DNA of 24,000 nucleotides from Phenylobacterium haematophilum (GTDB lineage Bacteria; Pseudomonadota; Alphaproteobacteria; Caulobacterales; Caulobacteraceae): NCBI RefSeq assembly GCF_014196295.1, contig NZ_JACIDK010000001.1, positions 204,785 to 228,784 of the forward strand, read 5' to 3'. Shown piece by piece: positions 13,915 to 21,673 of this stretch (position 1 is its first letter; each line of letters starts with the position of its first letter). The notes under the pieces were generated by a model. It saw only the letters and a program-made list of their open reading frames with translations, ran no database searches and was not told where the DNA came from. The position numbers and the translations under genes were made by a program.

Positions 13915-15540
13915 CTAATGCGTCGACAGCTTTTCGCGCTTCACCCGGATGCCGGCGGCCTCCCGGTCCCAGGTCTGTGCGGTGACGCCTTCTTTGCGCA
14001 GCTCGACCTTCTGGATCTTGTTGGTTGGGGTCTTGGGCAGCTCGGCCTCGACCCGCACATAGCGCGGCACCATGAAGTGGGCCATGCGCGGAATCAGGAA
14101 CTCGATCAACGCCTTGGGGTCGACGCTTGAGCCCTCGCGCGGGGCGACGCAGACCATCACCTCCTGCTCTCCGCCCGGCAGGTCGACGCCATAGGCCGCC
14201 ACCTCGCGCACGTGCTCATAGGCGCTGACCTCGATCTCGATCTCCAGCGAGGACATGTTCTCGCCGCGGCGGCGGATCGCGTCCTTCTTGCGGTCGACGA
14301 AGTAGAACAGCCCCTCGGCGTCGCGCCACAGCAGGTCGCCGGTGTGGAACCAGCCGTTGCGCCACGCCTCGGCCGTGGCCGCCGGATCGCCCAGATACTC
14401 CTTGAACAGCTCCCAGGGGCGGTCGGTGCGGATGGTAAGCTCGCCGACCTCGCCGACCGGGACCTCCTGGTCGAAGGCGTCGACCAGCCGGCACTGCACG
14501 CCGGCGCGCGGCCGCCCGCAGCTGCGCATGGTCTTCTCGTTGACCTCGCTGATCAGCGGCGAGGAGACCTCGGTCATGTTGAACCCGGAGACGTAGTCGA
14601 ACCCGAACCGCTCGGCGAGCGCCACCGTCTCCTCCGACACCGGCGACAGCGTGCAGATCCGCAGCGGATTGTCCTTGTCGTCGGGCCGGGGCGGCTCCTT
14701 GTGCAGGAAGCTCGTCAGGGCGCCGATGAAGCCGCTGCAGGTGGTCGAGCCGGTCTGGCGCACCAGGTCCCAGAACCGGCGGGTGTCGAAGGCCTCGAAG
14801 AGGGCTATGGAGCCGCCGCTGGCCAGCGCCGCCATGATCCCGCTGATCCCGCCGACATGGAACATCGGCAGGTTGACCAGCATCCGGTCGTCGGCGCGCA
14901 TGTAGCCGTAGGTGACCCGCGCCGTTGTCCACTCCTGGACGTAGGAGGTCACGACCGCCTTGGAGGGGCCGGTGGTCCCGGAGGTGAAAATGATGACCGG
15001 CGTGTCCCAGGGCTGCGGATCGGCGAGGATCGCCTCGCGCGCATCGCCGTTCAGCGCCGAAGGCGGTTCGATGGCCTGGGGCAGGTCCAGCGCATTGGGG
15101 CCCGGCGCGGTCAGGATCACGCGCTCCAGCGCGGGCAGGCTCAGGCCGGCCAGCCGCGGGACGAGGTCCGGGTGGATGATCGCGATCTTCGCGCCGGTCT
15201 TGTTGACCGCGTGCTCCAGCAGCCGGCCGCGGAAGCTGGTGTTGATCGGGGCCAGCGCCGCGCCGGCGTAGTTGGCCCCGAACCAGGCCCGGCAGAGGGC
15301 GGCGGAGTTGGGGGCCCAGGCGGCGACGATGTCGCCGGGCCTCACGTCGCGCGCCTGCAGGGCCGCGGCGGTCGCCAGCGCGATCTCGCGGGTCTGGGCC
15401 CAGGTCCATTCCTCGCCGGTCTCGAACCGCAGAAACACCTTGTCGGGCGTGGCCTGCGCGTGCCGGTCGATGAGCCGGGGGACGACGCAGTCCGCAGCGC
15501 TCGGCGCGGTCTTCTGGTCGAACCAGACGGGGTGGGACAT
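13915..15540 (-). CDS. AMP-dependent acyl-CoA synthetase/ligase (ACS3)
   Basis: 541 aa. Motifs: IIFTSGTTGPSKAV, WFHTGDLLWRDAEGLFYFVDRKKDAIRRRGENMSSLEIE, PKTPTNKIQK. GGAGGAAACCC SD is present. Confidence 0.93.
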   Translation of the reverse strand: MSHPVWFDQKTAPSAADCVVPRLIDRHAQATPDKVFLRFETGEEWTWAQTREIALATAAALQARDVRPGDIVAAWAPNSAALCRAWFGANYAGAALAPINTSFRGRLLEHAVNKTGAKIAIIHPDLVPRLAGLSLPALERVILTAPGPNALDLPQAIEPPSALNGDAREAILADPQPWDTPVIIFTSGTTGPSKAVVTSYVQEWTTARVTYGYMRADDRMLVNLPMFHVGGISGIMAALASGGSIALFEAFDTRRFWDLVRQTGSTTCSGFIGALTSFLHKEPPRPDDKDNPLRICTLSPVSEETVALAERFGFDYVSGFNMTEVSSPLISEVNEKTMRSCGRPRAGVQCRLVDAFDQEVPVGEVGELTIRTDRPWELFKEYLGDPAATAEAWRNGWFHTGDLLWRDAEGLFYFVDRKKDAIRRRGENMSSLEIEIEVSAYEHVREVAAYGVDLPGGEQEVMVCVAPREGSSVDPKALIEFLIPRMAHFMVPRYVRVEAELPKTPTNKIQKVELRKEGVTAQTWDREAAGIRVKREKLSTH

Positions 15541-15625
15541 GGGTTTCCTCCAACCAGACTCTGGCGCCTGGCGGCCGCTTCGGTCGGCGGCGCTGCCCTT
15601 GCGCTTGGTTTGAGATACATCAAAT

Positions 15626-15643
15626 CAGTTTCAAAATGAAAGT
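15626..15643 (+). promoter_or_regulatory. 18-bp island box copy 5 (CAGTTTCAAAATGAAAGT)
   Basis: Lies in the 226-bp AT-rich divergent gap 15541-15766 between ACS3 and the oxygenase. Position 14 is A instead of C. Confidence 0.6.
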
Positions 15644-15686
15644 GATATTCGATGTGGCGCCTGCTCAGATGCCGGCTTGTCGGAAT

Positions 15687-15705
15687 CCAACTGGCAAATT
15701 GAAAC
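15687..15705 (+). promoter_or_regulatory. second copy of the tetR-leader motif (CCAACTGG-c-AAATTGAAAC)
   Basis: CCAACTGG is identical to 13585-13592. AAATTGAAAC compares with AATTTGCAAC at the tetR leader. It lies 61 nt upstream of the oxygenase ATG. Confidence 0.5.
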
Positions 15706-15766
15706 TAAATGCGCTTATCATGCGCCAACGAGGATGGCCGCGAGCTGTCCAGCAAGGGAGAGCGAC

Positions 15767-17239
15767 ATGCCCGTCGAACTGGTGAACCGGGTCCACAGCA
15801 CCATCGAGCCGAACGACCACCCCTATATGAACGGCGCCTGGACCCCGCAGCATGAGGAGTTCAACGGCGAGGGGCTGGAAGTGATCGGCCAGGTCCCGGC
15901 CGACATCGACGGCGTCTATGTCCGCAACACGGAGAACCCGGTCCACGAGCCGCTCGGCCGCTATCACCCGTTCGACGGCGACGGCATGCTGCATGTAATG
16001 AGCTTCAAGGACGGCCAGGCGGCCTATCGCAACCGCTTCGTCCGCACCAAAGGCTTCCAGGCCGAGGAGGAGGCGGGCCGCGCGCTGTGGGCCGGTCTGG
16101 CCGAGAACCCCGCCAAGTCGACCCGTCCGGGCTGGGGCGCGCACGAGCGGCTGAAGGATTCGTCCTCCACCGACGTCGTCGTCCACGCCGGCAAGATTCT
16201 CTCGACCTTCTACCAGTGCGGCGAAGGCTACCGCCTCGACCCCTATACGTTGGAGCAGGAGGGCGTCGAGAGCTGGACCCCGATCGACGGCATCTCGGCC
16301 CACCCGAAGGTCGATGAGCACACCGGCGAGCTCCTGTTCTTCAACTACTCCAAGCACGCCCCCTACATGCACTACGGGGTGGTGGGCCCAGACAACAAGC
16401 TGAAGCACTACATCCCCGTGCCGCTGCCGGGCCCGCGCCTGCCGCACGACATGGCCTTCACCACCAACTACTCGATCCTCAACGACCTGCCGGTGTTCTG
16501 GGAGCCCGAGCTGCTGGAGAAGAACCTGCACGTGGTGCGGTTCCACCGCGAGATGCGCTCGCGCTTCGGCATCCTGCCGCGCTACGGCAAGCCCGAGGAC
16601 ATCAAGTGGTTCGAGGCCGATCCGACCTACGTCCTCCACTTCCTCAACGCCTTCGAGGATGGCGACGAGGTCGTGCTCGACGGCTACTTCGAGGAGAACC
16701 CTGAGCCGAAGTCGTCCAACAGCGCCCCGGCCGGCTATGAGCGGATCATGGCCTTCCTCGACCAGAACGAGCTGCGGCCCAAGCTGCACCGCTGGCGCTT
16801 CAACATGAAGACCGGCGAGACCCGGGAGCAGCGCCTCGACGACCGCATCCTTGAGTTCGGGGTCATCAACAATCAGTACGCCGGCCTGCCGTATCGCTAC
16901 GGCTACAGCGCCGTCTCCAAGCCCGGCTGGTTTCTGTTCACCGGCCTGGTGAAGCACGACCTGAAGACCGGCGAGAGCTGGGCGATCGACTTCGGCGAGG
17001 AGCGCTACGGCAGCGAGCCGGGCTTTGCGCCCCGCGTCGGCGCGGTGGACGAGGACGACGGCTATCTCGTCACCTTCGTCACCGACATGCTCGCCGACCG
17101 TTCCGAATGCGTCGTCTACAACGCCAGGAAACTGGCCGACGGCCCGGTCTGCCGGATCATGCTGCCCGGCCGCATCTCCAGCGGCACCCACGCGACCTGG
17201 GGGCAGGGGCAGGCGATCCGCGCGGCGCAAGGGAAATAG
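15767..17239 (+). CDS. carotenoid-cleavage oxygenase family dioxygenase (CCO / lignostilbene-dioxygenase-like)
   Basis: The track ORF starts at TTG 15677. ATG 15767 (MPVELVNRVH...) follows GGGAG. Family motifs are all present: YHPFDGDGMLH, ISAHPKVD, LPHDMAFT, VLHFLNAFEDGDE, SSGTHATW. These carry the four conserved His iron-ligand positions. Confidence 0.92.
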   Translation: MPVELVNRVHSTIEPNDHPYMNGAWTPQHEEFNGEGLEVIGQVPADIDGVYVRNTENPVHEPLGRYHPFDGDGMLHVMSFKDGQAAYRNRFVRTKGFQAEEEAGRALWAGLAENPAKSTRPGWGAHERLKDSSSTDVVVHAGKILSTFYQCGEGYRLDPYTLEQEGVESWTPIDGISAHPKVDEHTGELLFFNYSKHAPYMHYGVVGPDNKLKHYIPVPLPGPRLPHDMAFTTNYSILNDLPVFWEPELLEKNLHVVRFHREMRSRFGILPRYGKPEDIKWFEADPTYVLHFLNAFEDGDEVVLDGYFEENPEPKSSNSAPAGYERIMAFLDQNELRPKLHRWRFNMKTGETREQRLDDRILEFGVINNQYAGLPYRYGYSAVSKPGWFLFTGLVKHDLKTGESWAIDFGEERYGSEPGFAPRVGAVDEDDGYLVTFVTDMLADRSECVVYNARKLADGPVCRIMLPGRISSGTHATWGQGQAIRAAQGK

Positions 17240-17247
17240 GCGTCATA

Positions 17248-17320
17248 AGTCCCGGGGCCGGCTCGACGGCTCCGGGCGACGGGTCGGGTCCCGGTCTGAG
17301 TGGTGCAGGCCGGGACTTTT
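17248..17320. terminator. structured convergent gap: AGTCCCGG...CCGGGACT long-range stem followed by TTTT
   Basis: 8-bp perfect complement (17248-17255 with 17310-17317) encloses GC-rich sub-hairpins, e.g. CCGGG 17272-17276 with CCCGG 17290-17294. TTTT follows at 17317-17320. Confidence 0.4.
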
Positions 17321-17329
17321 CGTATCCGC

Positions 17330-17590
17330 CTACCAGGTCTTCAGCGGCTTCACGGCCATCGGGGCCTTGTAGATGTAGATCTGCGGTTTGGCGGCGCTGG
17401 CCGGCTTGGCGGTAAGCCTGACGGTGTTGTCCGTCTTGGCCGAAGCGGGCTTGTAGGTGGCGGCCATCAGCAGGCCGCTCGACTTGGCGTCGTGGCGCAC
17501 CTGTCCGCTGCTCTGCGCGGACGCTGTCCCCATGGCCAGCAGGCCGAGGACAGCGGTCAAGGCGACGAGTCTCACGCGCCTTCCTCCCAT
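17330..17590 (-). CDS. small secreted Lys/Ala-rich protein, unknown function (86 aa)
   Basis: It is buried in a spurious 465-aa track ORF. From ATG 17590 it reads MGGRRVRLVALTAVLGLLAMGTASA|QSSGQVRHDAKSSG...KPQIYIYKAPMAVKPLKTW. This is a classic Sec signal with an A-S-A cleavage site. There is no obvious SD. Confidence 0.6.
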   Translation of the reverse strand: MGGRRVRLVALTAVLGLLAMGTASAQSSGQVRHDAKSSGLLMAATYKPASAKTDNTVRLTAKPASAAKPQIYIYKAPMAVKPLKTW

Positions 17591-17679
17591 GTATCGTCTA
17601 GTCTCGCGGACCTTCTTGCGGGTCCGTCCAGCAGGCTGCACCGCTTTCGGTCTCGGTGCAAACCCGCAATCTACAAACG

Positions 17680-19056
17680 TCAGTGATCGGACGCTTCGGC
17701 GGTCTCTTCCTGCGAGGCGCGGACATAGGGTTTGATCGCCGCGATCAGCGCCGCGACCCCCAGCGGCAGCACCACGGCGGTGACGATGGCCACGGCGACG
17801 CCGATCTTGGCCGGATCCTTCAGCCAGTGGTCGCTGATCAGCGCCACCGCCGTCGGCCCGACCGTGAAGGCGACGATGTTGCCGATCAGCAGGTAGAGCG
17901 CGATCACCCGCGCCCGCACCCGGTTGGGCGTCACCGCCTGGAACGAGACCGCCGGCAGGCCCTGGGTCAGGCCGAACCCCAGGCACATCAACGCCAGCAT
18001 CGCGGCGGCGAGCTCGCCGCTCGCCATCATCGGCGCCGCCAGGGCGAAGGGGAAGGCGCCGAGCGCGCCGATGATCGCCACGCGCAGCACCGCGTCCTTG
18101 CGGCCGGCGGCGGCGAAGCGGTCGGTCCACCAGCCGCCGATCAGCACGCCCAGCGTGCTGCCGACCAGCAGTATGGTCCCGTAGACCGCCCCGACCTTGC
18201 CGACCGGCCAGCCGTGCGCGCGCATCAGGAAGGCCGGCGCCCAGGTCAGGTAGGCGGCGATCACCACCCCGACCAGCGAGTAGCCGGCCGCCAGCAGGGT
18301 GAACACCAGCCAGCGGCGGCGCAGGTAGGGACCGAGCGGGGCCGAGGGCGCGGCGCCCGCGCCCTGGCGGGCCGGCTCGCGCAGGAACAGCATCGCGGCG
18401 ATGAGCACCGGGCCGGGCAGGCTGACCAGCATGAAGGCGATCTGCCAGCCCTTCAGCGTCCCGACCAGCGGCAGGCTGACGGGCGGGGCGGTGCTGGCCC
18501 ATTCGATCACCGCGCCGCCGATGATCAGCGCCATGCCGACCCCGGCGATCGAGCCGATCGCATAGATCCCCATGGCCCGCGCCCGCTTGGCCGGCGGGAA
18601 GGAGTCGGCGATCATCGAGTAGGCGGCCGGCGAGAGCCCGGCCTCGCCGATCCCGACGCCGACGCGGGCGGCGAACAGCGACACGAACGACCCGGCCAGA
18701 CCGCAGGCGGCGGTCATCGCGCTCCACACCCCGATGCTGACCATGATCAGGTTGCGGCGCGAGCCGCGGTCCGCCAGCCAGGCCAGCGGGACGCCCATCA
18801 GCGTATAGAACAGCGTGAAGGCCAGCCCGCTCAGCAGGCTGAACTGGGTGTCGGTGATTCCGAGGTCGCGGCGCAGCGGTTCGACCAGCAGGGTCAGGAT
18901 CTGCCGGTCGACGAACCCGACTGCATAGGCGGCCATCAGCACCAGCACCATGGTCCAGGCGCGGGCCGGGGCCGGCCAGTCGGCCGCGGCGGCCGCGGGC
19001 GATCCCAGCGCCGAATCCTTCGGTCGGGCGGCGTTCGACATCGTGCTTTGAAGCAT
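17680..19056 (-). CDS. MFS transporter
   Basis: 458 aa with ~12 hydrophobic spans. Contains GFVDRQIL and the MFS loop motif AWLADRGSRRN. The start is ATG 19056 or ATG 19041. Confidence 0.92.
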   Translation of the reverse strand: MLQSTMSNAARPKDSALGSPAAAAADWPAPARAWTMVLVLMAAYAVGFVDRQILTLLVEPLRRDLGITDTQFSLLSGLAFTLFYTLMGVPLAWLADRGSRRNLIMVSIGVWSAMTAACGLAGSFVSLFAARVGVGIGEAGLSPAAYSMIADSFPPAKRARAMGIYAIGSIAGVGMALIIGGAVIEWASTAPPVSLPLVGTLKGWQIAFMLVSLPGPVLIAAMLFLREPARQGAGAAPSAPLGPYLRRRWLVFTLLAAGYSLVGVVIAAYLTWAPAFLMRAHGWPVGKVGAVYGTILLVGSTLGVLIGGWWTDRFAAAGRKDAVLRVAIIGALGAFPFALAAPMMASGELAAAMLALMCLGFGLTQGLPAVSFQAVTPNRVRARVIALYLLIGNIVAFTVGPTAVALISDHWLKDPAKIGVAVAIVTAVVLPLGVAALIAAIKPYVRASQEETAEASDH

Positions 19057-19114
19057 TCCCGGGCCCCCGAATGGCGCGGCCGTCTGCGCGGCGTTCGTCC
19101 TACCGTCGCCTCGG

Positions 19115-19132
19115 AAGTATCAAAATGCAAGC
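19115..19132 (+). promoter_or_regulatory. 18-bp island box copy 6 (AAGTATCAAAATGCAAGC)
   Basis: Lies in the 201-bp divergent gap between the MFS and TonB-dependent receptor genes. It is the first of a direct pair 56 bp apart. Confidence 0.7.
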
Positions 19133-19136
19133 TAAT

Positions 19137-19173
19137 CTGATGCGACTTTCAAAAAAGGACTTGTGCGCATCAG
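19137..19173. promoter_or_regulatory. 8-bp perfect inverted repeat CTGATGCG-N21-CGCATCAG between the two boxes
   Basis: The spacer contains GACTT-tcaaaaaag-GACTT. The right arm overlaps the first 3 nt of box copy 7. Confidence 0.4.
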
Positions 19174-19188
19174 TTCATTAATGCAAGT
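19171..19188 (+). promoter_or_regulatory. 18-bp island box copy 7 (CAGTTCATTAATGCAAGT)
   Basis: Second box of the pair. It ends 69 nt upstream of the receptor ATG. Confidence 0.7.
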
Positions 19189-19257
19189 CTCTCGTCACGG
19201 GCCACAGAGCCCGGTCGATCGGCGCCGGAGCGCGCCGCGCAAACACGGGGGAAACTC

Positions 19258-21480
19258 ATGACCAGGCAAGCGCTCATCCTGTTGGCTAGCTGCGCCGTCG
19301 GGGCGCTTTCAACGGGGACTGCGGCGGTCGCCCAGACCGCGCCGGCGGCAAATTCGCGGCCCGTCGCGGTCGAGGAAGTGATCGTCACCGCCGACCGTCG
19401 CGAACGGAAGCTGCAGGACGTCCCCTCGGCGATCAGCGCGATCACCGAGCAGGCGCTGGAACGCAGCCGCATCGTCGATCTCAGCTCGCTTTCGACCACC
19501 GTGCCCTCGTTCTCGATGACCGAGAGCTCGGCCCTGGGCAAGGAGCTTAGCATCCGCGGCGTGACCAGCGTGCGGATCCTCGACGCGACCGCCGAACCGT
19601 CGGTGGGGATGTTCGTCGACGAGGTCTATCTCTCGCGCATGGGCTCCGCCTTCACCGACTTCTACGATCTGGAGCGGGTCGAGGTGATCCGCGGCCCGCA
19701 GGGCGTGCTGCTGGGCAAGAACGTGGTTGGCGGCGCGATCAGCGTCATCACCGCCAAGCCGAAGTTCGATCCCTCGGGCGCCACCACCATCTCGTTTGGC
19801 AACTACGACTCGGTGATGGCCAACGGCTACGTGACCGGGGCCCTGACCGACGACCTGGCTGGCCGCGTCGCCTTCCAGGTCCGCAACCGCTCGGGCTACA
19901 GCAAGAACGTCGTGCTGGGCGGCGACATGGACAACCTGAAGTCCTATCAGGGGCGCGGCGGGCTGCTCTATCGCGCGCCGGACGCCGACCTCCAGGTTCT
20001 CGCGACCTTCGACTACGGCTCGGACGAGACCGACGGCACGGCCCGGGTTATGACCGACGATCCCTTCGCCGCCGGCACGGGCGCGGTCGCCGCCTGGCGC
20101 GCGGCCCGCGGCCTCGGCCCGCGCGACGCCACCAGCCCGCAGCATGAGTACAGCCGCCGCATCACCCGCGGCGCGATGCTGCGCGTCGACTGGGGCGTGT
20201 TCGAAGGCGCCAAGCTGACCTCGATCACAGGCTATCGGTCGTCCAAGGGCGTGATGGGCTTCAACCAGCTGGGGATCGGCTCGCCGCCCGGCCTTGCCGA
20301 CACCTTCTATTCGACCAGCGAGAAGCCCGAGACGATCAGCCAGGAACTGCGCCTGGTGTCGGACAATCCGGACAGCCGCTTCGACTGGATCCTCGGCGCC
20401 TTCCACCAGAGCGACGATGTCACCCGCTACGATTCCAACGTCGCCACAACGTCGACCACCATCCCGGCGCTCAGCGGCACCTTCCTCTACACCAACAAGG
20501 CCGACCTCAAGACCACCGCCGTCTTCGGTCAGATCGGCTACAAGTTCACCGACCAGCTCAAGGCCACGATCGGCCTGCGCTACACCATGGACGACAAGAG
20601 CGGCACGCGTCTGGCCCAGTGCCTCGAGGACGGCGGCGATGGCCTCTGCGTGGCGGCCCTGGTGTTGGCCAAGGGCCAGTCCTTCACCGTCAACTACGGC
20701 AAGGATTGGAACGCCCTGACGCCGCAAGGCATCATCGAGTACCGACCGAACGACAACGTCATGATCTACGGCAGCGTCGCCAAGGGCTTCAAGGGCGGCG
20801 GCTGGGACCACCTGCCGTCGACCGCCGCGGCCGCCGCCATCGGCTACGACCCGGAAAAGGCCACCAACTACGAGATCGGCGTGAAGTCGGACCTGTTCGA
20901 CCGCCGCGTGCGCCTGAACCTGGCCGCCTTCAAGATGGACTACAAGGACCTGCAGTCCCAGCAACTGGTCCTGGAGTGCCTCTGCCTGATCACCAGCAAC
21001 GCCGGCACGGCCGAGATCAAGGGGCTCGAGGCCGAAGGCACCTGGGCGGTCAGCGAGGACCTTACCCTGACCGCATCGGGCTCGTGGCTCGACGCCAAGT
21101 ACAAGAACTTCGTCGACGGCGCGGGCGTGGTGTTCTCGGGCAACCGCATCCAGCGCTCGCCGGAATACAAGTTCGACATCGGCGCCAACTACGTGTTCGG
21201 CATCGGCGAGTGGGACCAGGCCTTCAGCCTGCAGACCAACTACACCAAGCAGGGCAAGAGCTACTGGACCCCGGCCAACACCTTCGCCCAGGAGCCCTTC
21301 GGCCTGTGGGACGCCTCCCTGCGCGTCCAGCCGCCCGGCGCGGCCTGGTCGGTCACGGTGTGGGGCAAGAACCTCACCGACGAGCTCTACGCCGTCGCGG
21401 CCCAGACTTTCTTCGGCGACCTGATGAACTACTACGCCCCGCCCAAGACCTACGGCGTGGACCTGAAGTACGAGTTCTAG
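19258..21480 (+). CDS. TonB-dependent receptor
   Basis: 740 aa. Signal peptide ...TGTAAVAQ. TonB-box-like EEVIVTA. Plug region DVPSAISAITEQALERSRIVDLSSL. Beta-barrel body ends in the terminal YGVDLKYEF. Confidence 0.95.
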   Translation: MTRQALILLASCAVGALSTGTAAVAQTAPAANSRPVAVEEVIVTADRRERKLQDVPSAISAITEQALERSRIVDLSSLSTTVPSFSMTESSALGKELSIRGVTSVRILDATAEPSVGMFVDEVYLSRMGSAFTDFYDLERVEVIRGPQGVLLGKNVVGGAISVITAKPKFDPSGATTISFGNYDSVMANGYVTGALTDDLAGRVAFQVRNRSGYSKNVVLGGDMDNLKSYQGRGGLLYRAPDADLQVLATFDYGSDETDGTARVMTDDPFAAGTGAVAAWRAARGLGPRDATSPQHEYSRRITRGAMLRVDWGVFEGAKLTSITGYRSSKGVMGFNQLGIGSPPGLADTFYSTSEKPETISQELRLVSDNPDSRFDWILGAFHQSDDVTRYDSNVATTSTTIPALSGTFLYTNKADLKTTAVFGQIGYKFTDQLKATIGLRYTMDDKSGTRLAQCLEDGGDGLCVAALVLAKGQSFTVNYGKDWNALTPQGIIEYRPNDNVMIYGSVAKGFKGGGWDHLPSTAAAAAIGYDPEKATNYEIGVKSDLFDRRVRLNLAAFKMDYKDLQSQQLVLECLCLITSNAGTAEIKGLEAEGTWAVSEDLTLTASGSWLDAKYKNFVDGAGVVFSGNRIQRSPEYKFDIGANYVFGIGEWDQAFSLQTNYTKQGKSYWTPANTFAQEPFGLWDASLRVQPPGAAWSVTVWGKNLTDELYAVAAQTFFGDLMNYYAPPKTYGVDLKYEF

Positions 21481-21507
21481 CGGCCCGCCTCCCGGGCTGA
21501 CGACTGA

Positions 21508-21545
21508 GCCGGCGCCGTTCCCTCGGGCGCCGGCCTTTTCGTTTT
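21508..21545 (+). terminator. Rho-independent terminator of the receptor gene
   Basis: GCCGGCGCC-gttccctcg-GGCGCCGGC forms a 9-bp perfect stem, followed by CTTTTCGTTTT. Confidence 0.85.
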
Positions 21546-21673
21546 GGGAGACCGGGGAGCCGCGGGGGGGCTGGGTGAACCCGTCGAGCGGGTTCCCGCG
21601 ACTCCCCGCCGCCCCCAGAGCGCGCCCGTAAAGGCCTCGCCCCTAGAACCCCGGCGGGTCGCCTGCGCGTGGA

